Below, piece by piece: positions 12,542-24,590 of a stretch of 64,000 bases of DNA; position 1 is the first letter of the stretch; each line of letters opens with the position of its first letter. Source of the stretch: Octopus sinensis (lineage: Eukaryota); contig NC_043005.1 in the NCBI RefSeq assembly GCF_006345805.1, positions 45,694,001 through 45,758,000 on the forward strand. Reading direction: 5' to 3'. The notes beneath the pieces were generated by a model. That model searched no databases, was not told the DNA's origin, and saw only the letters and a program-made list of their open reading frames with translations. Both the position numbers and the translations under genes were made by a program.

Positions 12542-12624
12542 TTATTATATAGAAGGAGCTTCTACAGGACTAGTACTGTTTCATTCAAGAGAAATCTTCA
12601 GGAAGCTCCTTCTATATAATAAAT
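12540..12624 (-). ncRNA. Type I hammerhead-ribozyme fold in a short Penelope-like repeat (12538-12692) embedded in (TA)n
   Basis: Minus strand: 23-bp perfect stem I, CUGAAGA, stem II UUC-UCUU-GAA (U.U at its base), GAAA, stem III ACAG..CUGU, GUA triplet. Confidence 0.7.
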
Positions 12625-12690
12625 TAATTTTACTCTGCTATGTATTGAGTACCTTACTTACTGTGGTTAACCCCGGATCAACCCGGGACC

Positions 12691-12727
<37 letters not shown>

Positions 12728-15482
12728 AAACCGTCCAATGACTTAACTGGCAGAAACTTTAAAGTCACTGTCGATAATATTCTCATTTAAGAATAATAAA
12801 CCCGTACTCTACAGAAGTTATAAATGAACATAAAAACAAAACATTAACTCACAAAAGCACATTTGTATATACTCACATACGCACACACACACTGGCAGCT
12901 GCTTATTATAGTCACAGACATGTTATCAGCTGCTTATTATCAAAATTACTGGGTCTCAAACTTTTGCTTAATGTTACTAGCCAGTTGTTGAAAAGACTTC
13001 ATCGTAAAGTAATCACAGTAAACAACTTCCACTGTTCTTAGCTCACACATATATCATCATCATCATCGTTTAACGTCCGTTTTCCATTCTAGCATGGGTT
13101 GGACTGTTCAGCTGGGGTCTGGGAAGCCAGAAGGCTGCGCCAGGCCCAGTCTGATCTGGCAGTGTTTCTACAGCTGGATGCCCTTCCTAACGCCAACCAC
13201 TCTGTGAGTGTAGTGGGTGCTTTTTACGTACCACCTGCACGGGGGCCAGACGAGGCTGGTAACGGCCACGTTCGGATGGTTCTCTTACGTGCCACCGGCA
13301 CTGGTAACACAGCTCTTATTATAAGAGGAACTGAATGTAATGTGCAGGAAAGGTGCACTAGTATGGATATGTGATGTATATGGAGGATAGCACTTGTAAA
13401 GAAGCACCGAGTAAACCTGTAGAAAGCCATAGGAAAATAGCAAAAAGATAACTTGGGACCACAAGTGGTAAAATGCTGTGCTGGAAAAGCACCATCTAGC
13501 CCATGCAAGCATGGTTAAGTAAGCATAAAATGATGATATATTGAATAGTAAATATATAAATGTTAGCTCCTTGCCCCATCAATTGAAACTAGAATGATAC
13601 AAAGCTCAAATCCTGTTCCAGGCAACTGGCTTCTTATTTCAATCTGGTCTACTTGAGAAACTAATGTGGAATTATTCACCCATAACAGACATGTTACTAT
13701 TCATAAGAAGAATTCAGCTCAAAGCCAACATTTATGTAGGTGAAGGAGAATCGAAATTTTAACCCTTTGGCATTTAAACCAGCCATATCTGGCCCAAATA
13801 TTCTACTTGTTTTATGTTCAAACTGGCTGCATCTGGCCCCTCCAACCAACCCTACAATATTCTAAAAAATTAACAGCTACCTCATCAAAATCGCAAAACT
13901 ATGAGATAATACTTGATTAATTCAAAACAATGACAATAATGTGAATGCTAAAGGGTTTAGCATGAAAAAAAGGGGCTGGAATAGATTTTTTGCTGTAGAG
14001 GGGAGATATATGACTACTTGAGTGGAAGTAATTGAGGTGGGGCTGGAAAGAGGGATAAAGATGGTGGTGATGAGGCGTCAGTGTTGGCCCTCAAGATATA
14101 AGGTGAACAGGAGTAAAGAAAGAAGAAAAATAGCATTACTTTTGAGAGAATAATGGTGAATGCTAAAAGGTTAATCAACCTGTGGGATACAAAACAAACT
14201 TGGTTATCACCGAGATTTGAACTATCAACAGTGAGATATTGGTCTGGATATTGTAAAACTTCCTGTTTAGCATTTTAATCTCTTTGCCAAACCTAGTAGT
14301 AGTGGTGGTAATCTCTTGTGACACTGTTGACACTAATATGTATGGAGGAAATAGTATTATTGGGGGAGCTGCTTGGCAGTCTCTCTACTTGTTAAAAGAA
14401 GCAACCAGATATTCTATTAATCAATGCCTAGTTTAAAAAAAAAAACACAAAGGAGTCATATTACATAATGTAGTCCTAGATATTTCTAAAAAGACGGTAT
14501 GATCACTGCCGAGATATCTTCATTGACCCTTGCTCTGTTTCAATCAGGAATGACCTTGGACTAAACAGTGGGTAGTTATTTTATTAACCATTGCTATATG
14601 AAATGCAAAATCAAGCCCACAATATTTAAAGTCAAATCTGTTAGGTTTTGAGTGCAATAAATGCAAATCATCTCCACTGTGTCTCAAACTCGGCACTAAT
14701 TTCAGTTCTTTATTACTAATTAACTAACTATAGTTAACTCCACCCTTTGCTTAACAATTACAGTAATGATTTCTAGGTACAAGACCAGAAATATTTAAGG
14801 AGTCAGTGGTGATGTAATTGCTTCCAGTTGATTAAGTCCACTCAAACAGAATGTGAATGGATATACCTCAGTGCCTTATTTAGTTAATTTTTTTTTACAT
14901 ATGTACGTAGTATATGTAAAAAAAAAAATGCAAGAAAAGGTGTTTGTGATAATCATATTGTTTCAAAGAGTGTAATGGATTCTGTGAAGTGAAAGTTTTT
15001 TTTTTTTGAGAAAACTAGTGGAAAATGTAAGTTCTTCCCATTGAAAAATCCCATTTCTAAGTTATTGTTGATGCTCACATTATTCACTAAATTTGCAGAA
15101 CGAATATGTAAATGTTTGATTGATTATATTCTCCAGCTAACACAAAGCAGGTGTGAGCAGGTCAATCATCACTTGACATAAACTGCAAGTTCAAAATGAT
15201 CATCAGATAAACGTGTTACTCAAGAATAATGACATCATCTTTTCAGCATTGATGCTGCTCTGTCTTGGTGTCTGTTCATTGATACCTAGAAGATCCTCAA
15301 CCAAATATTTTCCCTAAATTGTTTCATTTCCACATTTTATGTCTGCTTTCTCTATATTTGCATGGATTATATTGAGGAAGTATTCTTTGACTGACTACTC
15401 TTCTGGAAACCAGTTTTTCAATTAAAGTACATTACTCCAGATCTTTGCACAACAAACCATCAGCATAATATATGTGTGTGTG

Positions 15483-15522
<40 letters not shown>

Positions 15523-15689
15523 ATAATAAACAAATGTCCAACTATACTCCAATTTCTTCAATTTTATATTCACATATGATGAATGCCCAAATTTAAACTA
15601 GGAAGTATATAATGAAACTACCAATACTATTGGGTAGTTCTGAAGGTGGACGAGCTCTATACTGTACTCTACCACGTTATATTCCTAAC

Positions 15690-16500
15690 AGAATCTATAG
15701 TAGAATTAGAAAAGAAATTCCAGGTATAGAAGCAAAACCTGGAATCAAAGAACCAAGGTTCGAGTAAGCAGGATAATGGGTCCTATTTGATATGTACAGG
15801 CGTTGGCAGATATTCAGTATAGTGTACCCAGTGTCGACTGAGGACATGTAAAGGTGCAATGGGATCACAAGAAGGTTATCAGAGTAAGCAGACTTTATGT
15901 GGCAGATGTACTGGAGCAATATACAATAACACATGGAAAATTTTCTTGAATTCCTTGGAGAATTCTTAGAGGTACTAGATAGTTTTTGTTATCTAGGTGA
16001 TTAAATTAACAATGGAGGAAGGTGTTCTGAATAAGAATCAGCTAAAGAAAGTTTAGGGAGTTTTTACCTGTGTTGTTAACAAAATTTCTCTCTCAAAGTG
16101 AAAGGCAGATTGTATGATGCTTTTGTTTGAATAACAAACAGTGCTATATGATTGTGAAACATGGGCCATGAATGCAGATGTTATGTGAAGGCTAGAAAGA
16201 AATGAAATTAGCATGCCTCATTGCATGTGCAACATCACTGTGCATGAACGACAAATTGCAAATATTTTCAGAGAAAAATTGGACATAAAAAGCATCAGAT
16301 GTTGTGTGCATGAGAGAAGACTGCATTGGTACGGTCAGGTGATGAGTATGGATGAGGATAGTTGTATAAAAGTGTTGGTCACTAAATGTGGATGGAATCT
16401 GTGGAAGAGGAGAGACCCAGGAAGACATGGGATGAAAAATGAGCTTCATGGGGAGATGATTGGTGATTTGCTATACTCAAGAAGACTTGTCCATCTCAGC
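15690..16500 (+). mobile_element. Decayed RTE LINE ORF2 3' half (probably the same lineage as 2778-3602 and 19700-20420)
   Basis: Remnants of a Cys-rich insertion, DSFCYLGD, LYDCETWA and ERRLHWYGQV. Confidence 0.8.
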
Positions 16501-16654
16501 AAAAAAAGGAAGCACTAAAAGCCATTTATGTCTATGCCTCTGCACCTAATCTGTCTCTGATGACTCTTTTCTCCCCAAATCATCTTCCTAACACCCATCC
16601 CTCCATCACTTTTGAATGCAGCACTATTCATTCAGTTGTAATTATATGAAAGTG

Positions 16655-16955
16655 GAGGCACATGGTTTAGTGGTTAGAGCAGCGTACTCGCGGTCAAGGG
16701 ATCGCGGGTTCGAATCTCAGACCGGGTGATGTATGTGTTTATGAGCGAAAACACCTAAGCTCCACGCGGCTCTGGCAGAAGGTAATGGCGAACTTCTGCT
16801 GACTCTTTCGCCACAACTTCTCTCACTCTTTCCTCCTGCATCTTGCAGCTTACCTGCGACAGACCGGCGTCCCGTCCAGGTGGAGAACCTATACACCAAG
16901 AAACCTGTAAACGGGCCCTTATGAGCCAGGCATGGCTCGAGAAGGAACAAACAGC
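16655..16955 (+). mobile_element. Young tRNA-derived SINE with 15-bp TSD
   Basis: Box A TGGTTTAGTGG, box B GGTTCGAATC. TSD AATTATATGAAAGTG at 16640-16654 and 16956-16970. Confidence 0.92.
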
Positions 16956-17803
16956 AATTATATGAAAGTGTAACTGCACATATTTCTTTCTCCTTTTGTG
17001 CTACCAGTTTTCACTCTTGCTGAAACCACTTTCATCACCCATATTCTCTTAATCATCCCATAACAGCTTATTTTCTACTGAACACCCTTTCACTCCATTT
17101 CCGCTGTAAACCCCCTCATCCTGCCAATGACAGCCCCACTACCTTGATCCATCACTCACTAGTTCTACCTCTACATTGCTTTGACCTTGTCCTTGGCACT
17201 ATGCAGCTCACTCACAACCTAACCACCCACCCTAACCAATCCTCTTATCTTATATCCATCTTCGTGTAACTTGAGAGTATGCTCTGATACCTCACTATGG
17301 CCATCTTTCTTTCTCCAGTTTGGATAGCCATGTGTCTTCTCTACAGCATACACTGTTTTCTGTCCCTGTATCATACTTTAAACTCTCATCACCTAGCATA
17401 AAGCCACCTCCCTCAATACTCTACTCCACAATTCAGTCGAGGAATCTTGTCTTGCAAGTTGCTTGGTGACCTCACTAGTGCTAGTACCACAGAAAAAGCA
17501 CAGAGCACACTCTGTAAAGTGATTAGTGTTAGGAAGGGCATCTGGTCATAAAAACTATACCAAAGCTGACACTGGAGCTTGGCACAGTCCTTCGGTTTGT
17601 TCATTTCAGTTGAACCATCTGACTCATGTCAGCATGGAAAGAAGATGTTAAATGATGTTCTGAATGTCTGTATGGTTAAGTTTTCTTCTCAACTATGTGG
17701 TTTCAGGTTCAGTCCCACTGCATGGCACCTTGGGCTAACCAAAATCTTGTGAGTGCATTTGGTAGATAGATATAGAAAAGAGCCCATTGTGTGCTTGTAT
17801 ATA

Positions 17804-18664
17804 TGAAAGTGGTATCAAAAAGTTCCCAGATTAGTTCTATAGTGTGCCAACAGATGGCAGCACATAGCTGCATGCGCAGTGAGAGCTAGCAGTGACCTTC
17901 ATTAGGCACTATGCTGAGTGACATTGCTGTGTTTACTTTGCAAGTTGTGAAATTTGTGTTTTTGTGATCACGTGTATGCTGTAGTCTACAATTTTGTCAA
18001 GGACAGGAAGTTAGAAGAAAAAGCCAATGTGAAATTTTGTGTTAAAACTTGGGTAGTCTGCTACAAAGACATTGAACATGCTTCGACAAGCTTATAGCAA
18101 CAATGTTTTGAATGGCACAAGCACTTCAAAAGCAGAGAACATCCCTGGAAAACCTGCCTTGAGTGTCACCTGTGTAAATGTGGTATCGTGCATCAAGAAT
18201 TTGTCCCCCCGGGTCAGACCATCAGTCGTGAGTTCTACTGTGACATTTTAAAGCATATGAGGGAGGATATTCAGCAAAAGTGACTGGATCTGTGAAGTGC
18301 AGAGAATTGAATTCTTCACTAAGCTCTCATCACTCGTGATTTCTCACCAAAAACATGGTATCACTTCAGCACCTGCCCTGTTCACCAGATTTAGCTCCTG
18401 CTGACTTCCATCTCTTTCCCAACATCAAAATACAGCTCAAAGGTCAGTGTTTTAACACCGTTGTTGAGATCCAGAGCAAAGTGCAGAAGGTCCTCAACAC
18501 ACGGAAAACAACTTCCAGACTGGATTCCAAAAGAGGCAGGAATGCTGGGACCAGTGTATTGCTGGACAAGGTGACTATTTCAGAGGAGATGATGTTAAAA
18601 CTTAGGTAAATAAATAATTTCTTATTAAAAATAACTAGTCCCGGAACTTTTTGATACCACCTCG
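17804..18664 (+). mobile_element. Internally deleted mariner transposon
   Basis: TIR ~CGAGGTGGTATCAAAAAGTTCC at both ends with TA flanks. Fragments ANVKFCVK and HLPCSPDLAPADFHLFP.IK.QLKG (18355-18609). Confidence 0.92.
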
Positions 18665-18999
18665 TATAATTGTATGTATACACACACGTGCAGATATTTT
18701 TATACATATGTATATATATATATATATTTATATGTATGTGTACATATATGTGCATGTGTGTTTATAAATACAAAATGCATGTATGTGTGTATCTATGCAT
18801 GTGTCTGTGTTTACAATTGCACTTCTCAGAAAACCACTGAGCTTTGCTCAATGATGTTGTTTGGAAGTTGATCTCCTTTGCTTGAGAGACAAGTATGGGT
18901 TAACGAGAGGAAAGCATCCATCTGTAAAACTGTGCCTCAGTAATATATTTTCATCTAACCCATGCTAGCATGAAAAAAAATGGGGGCACACACACTTTT

Positions 19000-19160
19000 T
19001 TCCTCCATCTTCCCTTCTCTGGATCTTTCCTTTTCCTATGTTTCTGACGAAGAGCTCTGCTCGAAACGTGAAACCCTCCTTCTTTCCTGAGTGTCCAATA
19101 ATACTATATTTGTTCCATGTCCTCGTGTTGTGTTTTCATGTCTGGATTAACTTTATATAT
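19000..19160 (+). mobile_element. Penelope-like terminal-repeat fragment with hammerhead-like core; relatives at ~28600-28770, 30045-30205, 52860-53020, 38285-38440(-)
   Basis: CTGACGAA-GAGC-TCT-GCTC-GAAACGT at 19044-19069. The other copies share CTG..GAAGAGCGTAGGCTYGAAACGTAAAAGA and flanking TA repeats. Confidence 0.55.
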
Positions 19161-19699
19161 ATATATATATATCATAGACACTTGACCAAATTTACTAGTT
19201 GTTCAGTGGGTAAGGCAATATAAACAAGTAGTTATCCTAGGGTCCCTATTGCTCAAATGTTCAATTTATCCTTATTTGAGAGATGATTTAACTCTTTTTA
19301 TTTTATTTGAATTTTGTCTTCCTCATCGCAGACTAAATGTGTCAATGGAGCAAAGTTCCAAACCAATGAAAAGTGACATAGCAACTAAAATACAGGTCTG
19401 GGAAGAATGGAAGAAATAGGAGAGCAAAGAATAACATCAGATTGCTAAAAGAGAAGCTTGATGTCAGGTGTACTCAGCAACATGAGAAGTGGAAAGTGAA
19501 AGGTTTCTCAATGTTGTGTGACATGAGGATAGGGTAGTGGGTATTCTAAATTGCAAAGCAGTGTGGATGTAATGATAGCAGTGCACTTGCTGTCACTGAT
19601 GCTAAGAGAAGAGGGGCAGAGGTAACTGAATGTGGAGAATATGTGTGTGAATGAAGGAACTACCCTAAGTTAACTCAATAGAGGGACCAGCTGCTAAGT

Positions 19700-20420
19700 T
19701 GGCAGCTGTAGTACATAACATTTGTTGATTTGGAGAAGCCTTTGGTAGAATACCCTGCTCTGTAGTCTGGTGGTTACTAAGAAAACCAAGTGTAAATGAA
19801 TGGCTTGTAGCAGTTAGGTGAGAGATAACAATAGGTTGAACAAGAAATTTATTGTGCAGGTAGGTGTCCAACAGGGCTTGGTTCTCCACCCTATTCTCTT
19901 TAATACTGTTTCCAGGCTATAATAGCAGAGTTTGAAGACTGGCTACTTATGCAAACATCTGTATGCTGATAACCTAGTTCTGAATCGACCAATGCAAAAA
20001 AATCTGAACATGGAAGCAAAGCCTGGAATCAAAAAGTAAACTTCGAAACACAAAAGTTTTTATCAGTAGGAAAGCAAACAAGAATCTACTACTATATGGG
20101 AAGTGGCTACGCTCTATATATGGAAAAGGTGAATGCTATAGTGTACTCTGTGAACTATGGGTGCATAGTTTAGTGGAGTGGGATCACAGGCAAATAGACT
20201 GAAGAAGATCATTATAGCAGATACACAACAGTAGTTGTAAGAGAATTCTTAATGTAAATTCTTTCAAATGTTTGAAAAGTTCACTTAGAATAGCTGTTTA
20301 GCTTTTGATACCCAGGAGATCTAATTAACAATGGAAAAGGATTTTTTGAAAGTATAGTATCCAGAGTGAGAGCGGAGTGGGAAAAGTCCCAGGAAACTAT
20401 TATCTATAATGATGATGATA
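19700..20420 (+). mobile_element. Decayed RTE reverse-transcriptase fragment
   Basis: GVQQG and LYADNLV (degenerate YADD), followed by a Cys-rich remnant like that at 15.8 kb. Confidence 0.75.
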
Positions 20421-21919
20421 GATGCCAAAATTCAATAAAGCAACATAACTGAGCCTTCATTCAATATAGACCTGTCTTGCCAACCAGGTCCTGAAATGTA
20501 AGGCTATCAAATTTTTGTTTGTTAATCTTTGTCCTTCTGCCATCGACTCATACCTCCAGTTGCTACATGGATTTATGATGTATTTAATGTCATAATGATG
20601 ATGAGGATGATGTCATTTACATAAACAACCACTACCTGTTTAAGCTGCCCCACATCAAGGATGATGTCTCTCAGAATTTAGTTTCTAAATGACAAGCCTC
20701 TTCAATAACAACTTTTGACACATTCGAAATCTACTTAATACTACAAGTTTCAGTTTGGTTGCAAAGTAATTTATGACTATACAAGTAATCTTAAGCTCTG
20801 TTTTCAGTTGGTTTATTTTACTCTATTTTGCTTATAATTGTGATAATTATAGTAAATAAGCATTTCGCCAGTAGGTTGGGTGTTTCTGCAGATATTACTG
20901 TTTTGATTTATATTTTTACCCTACACCCTAATGAGACCTAACTTCAACTTAAAGGAGGTCAAAAAAAAAAAAATGTTAAACAAAAGGAAGGCTGAGAGCA
21001 AAGCACCAGCTGTAGCTGTTAGAAATGTAATGTGAGTTTTATCGAGAGCAGGAAAATGCTAATAATATCAATAATTTTCTAATTTAGGCTCAAGGCTGGC
21101 AAATTTGTGAAATAGGAGTTAGTTGATTACATTGACCCAATACTTGGCTGCTTTTTTTTTATCACACAAAGGCACTACAAGCTTCTCACTCACAGGGCCA
21201 TGGTTGGCTTGGGGCCGTTAGTAGGAAAGGATTGCTCATGGTGCCACACAGTGGACACACCATAATTTATATGCATTCTTAGTATTTATATACACTCAAA
21301 ATATTGCATGTATTATCTCATATTAAATATTATGTTATTCTGTGCTGGGGTTGTGTAAAAAAAACACAGAGCACACCCTCTAAAGTGGATGCATTAGGAA
21401 GGGCAGTGGGCTGTAGAAACCTTGCCAAAATAGGTAATCGATCTATGTGGTGAGGGAGCTTGCTTCCTAGCTATATGGTTTCGGGTTCAGTCCCACTGCG
21501 TGGCACTTTGGGTAGGTGTCTTCTACTATAGCCCCGAGCCAACCGAAGCTTTGTGATTGAATTCGGTAGTGTTTTTGTGCGTATAGCTGCTCAGTGCCTC
21601 TCCGAAAGAGAGAGAGAGAGGGGATCCTGGTATGGCTCCTGGCCTTGACATCTCCTATCAAACCACTCAACCCATGTCAGCATAGAAAATGGATGTTAAA
21701 TGATGATGATGGTGATGAAAGAATGAGTCAAAGTTGAACTGGATGGAATATGGATTCAGAATGTTACGGACTGTAACTAATGAGCTGAATAATCAATTAC
21801 CAATGATTTGTATAGTGTGCTACAAGGACAATACATATATAATTCAAGATGTAAAAACATTTGGGTGTTTTCATAGACAATCATAATTTGCAAAATGCAT
21901 ATTATGTATATATCTCTAA

Positions 21920-22315
21920 TTTTTTTACTTGTTTCAGTCATAAGTCTGCAGTCATGCTGGGGCTCTGCCATGAAGAATTTTTAGTTGAACAAATCAACTC
22001 CTGTTCAATTTTTAAGCCTGGTACTTTTTCTCTTGGTCTCTTTTTGCTGAACCGCTAAGTTACGGGGTCGTAAACACACCAACATCAGTTGTCAGGTAGT
22101 AGTAGGGAATAAGCACTCTCTTTCTCTCTCTCTCACACACACACACACATGTATGTATACAATATATATATTTCAGTTTCTGTCTCCAGAATCCACCCAC
22201 AAGGCTTTGGTTGGCCTGAGGCTATAGTAGACATTTGACCAAGGTGCCACACAGTGGGACTGAACCTGGAACCATATGGTTGGGAAGCAAATTTCGTATC
22301 ACACTGCCATGCCTG
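21920..22315 (-). mobile_element. Family-A SINE
   Basis: Colinear with 244-663. Confidence 0.85.
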
Positions 22316-23123
22316 CATCCATTTATGCATAATTTGAACAGATTTGCATATGCAAATGCAAATAACACACTTTTTTTCATCTATACAATATGTGTGTATG
22401 TGTGTGCAGTTTGCTTTATTACTGCATATTCTCTAGTTGTATTCTCTCTGCAGAGTCTTGGACTAGTGTCTGCCATGGTAGCTTCAGGAGACCAATGCTT
22501 TGAGAGTGGATATGGGAAACTGAAACAGCATGGAAACCTGCCGTGTGTTTGTGTGTTCATGCACATGTGTATTTAGGTAGCTGTTTGCATTCTGTGCATC
22601 ACACACAAATGTTTAGCTAAAAATGGTGTTACTTGTGACTTGCTTTGTCAACAAAATCATCATCTAGCTTTGTACTTTTGAAGACAAGTAGGATATAAAA
22701 TCCTACTATAAAAGTAGGATAAACATGTATTAGTGACAGAAAGAGCACCCGACTATAAACACCTCAGTAATGTTTGTTCAACCTGTGCTAGTATGGAAAG
22801 AAAATTGTATGTAAAACAAGCAAATGATATATACACAGTCAAAACCAAACAAAGGAGCCTTTATGTGGTCACTCAAACTGCTAGGAATAGTAGCCAATTT
22901 TCTTCAAATGACATGGAGCCTTTAAAAAGGAAGGTCATGTTGACCTGTGTAATTCAGGATATACAAGATAAAGTAGTCTTTGAATTAGCTTTACTCATTG
23001 GTCAGAAGCTGAAAGAAATCTTTTGTATGTATATAGTTTATTACTGTAATATGTTTATATATATATATACACACATATATATATACACACATACACATAC
23101 ACACGCGCATGCACACACACGTG

Positions 23124-23488
23124 ATTATAAATATGTTATGAGTATTATAGGATAAAATCCTATATAAACCCAACTAACAGTTAAAAAACAGAGAAGAGAT
23201 GATGTTAAAAGTTTTTATAAATTTTTAATCCATTCAATTGTTTCGAATGATAATATTGATATGCAAGAAAACATTTTATTAGATTAATTTAGTTTAATAA
23301 TTATTTTAATTATTTTTATAATTAATCTAATATTTTCATGTTTTCTTGCGTGTCAGCATTATCATTCGAGAGAATCGTATGGATTAAAAATTCCTTAAAA
23401 CTTTTAACATATTCTCTTCTCCATTTTTTAACTATTAGTTGGGTTTATATAGGATTTTATCCTATAATACTCATAACACATTTTTAAT
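23124..23488. repeat. ~365-bp imperfect palindrome
   Basis: TGTTATGAGTATTATAGGATAAAATCCTATATAAACCCAACTAA is mirrored at ~23435-23478, and the arms remain alignable to the centre. Confidence 0.9.
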
Positions 23489-24386
23489 TGTCATATTTTC
23501 ATATTTCAAATACTTGCAATAGCAAGTTACTATTTTGATATGAAGAATCTTTATTAGAAATCTAACTTTTTGGATCCCCCAAAACATTCAAAATTGTTCT
23601 ACTTGAACTAATTTTTCTCACACACACACACACACATATGTATATATATATATATAGCTTCATTATGCATTGTAACTGCTGAATCATATTGGTAATTCAG
23701 GTACTACCTATTTAAGTAAAAGTTTAAAGAATTGACTGCTTCATTGCTATGCAATATATGTTTTAAAATGAAAATTGTGTATTGTTTCCGGAAGAGATTT
23801 TTCTTTTTTTAATTAGACAAGAGCCTCTGACACTAGTTGGGAAAAGGGGATTAGATACCATGATTCAAATGTGGGGTGTCCTCAGACTAAATGCTTGCAA
23901 CAGAATGAACTACTAAAGACACACCAAGCTTCATGTAGTTGTCTTGTTAAGTGACAGATTAAGTTTGCCACCTGAAATGGCTGTATTGAAGTAAATGACC
24001 ATTTCTTGCATAGGTGTGAAGTCCTATTGAAATGAGCAATGAAAATTATATATGGATAAATGTTAGCAATTTATGAACTTTTGATATCCAGTTTTCATTT
24101 ATTTAGTCATTTGATGAAGTACTGCATGGATTAGTTGATTTAGTTTGAGCTTTTAAACTATGTGAATCAACTAATTAATCCTTCTGGATGCTGTGTAATG
24201 AAAGTGTACATCATATATTCATTAAAACAGCTGCTCGTTGTCACAAAGTCTTATAGAACAATAGCTGTATTGATTTTTCTTAGGGTTTTATTTTTGCTAG
24301 GCACAAAGGTGTTCCTTTTAATCCCTATAAAACATTAATTTAAAACAGGTTAGAATATAATCATATGAATTGACCCAACAACATTA

Positions 24387-24590
24387 CTGTATTTTCTGGT
24401 ATGCAAGTCAATGTAGCACATGATATAAACATGTAGTGTTAAATATTCAGACATCATCACTTTTTTCCAAATCCTGCTGTATTTCACATTGACATTTTGG
24501 TTCTCCAAAGTTGTCTTGGTGTATAAGTCAGCCTACCATTTTTGGCTGTAAATTTTGGCCTGAAAAATTCAACTTGTATACAAAATACAG
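24387..24590. mobile_element. Tc1/mariner-superfamily (pogo/Tc2-like) MITE; second copy at ~33466-33645
   Basis: TA-flanked ends CYGTATTTTCTGGTAT..AAGTC / AACTTGTATAC..AAAATACAG and a shared interior. Confidence 0.6.

Noticed and set aside
16655-16730. tRNA gene
   Set aside because: A/B boxes are present but it continues into a SINE body bounded by TSDs, with no clean acceptor stem or terminator.
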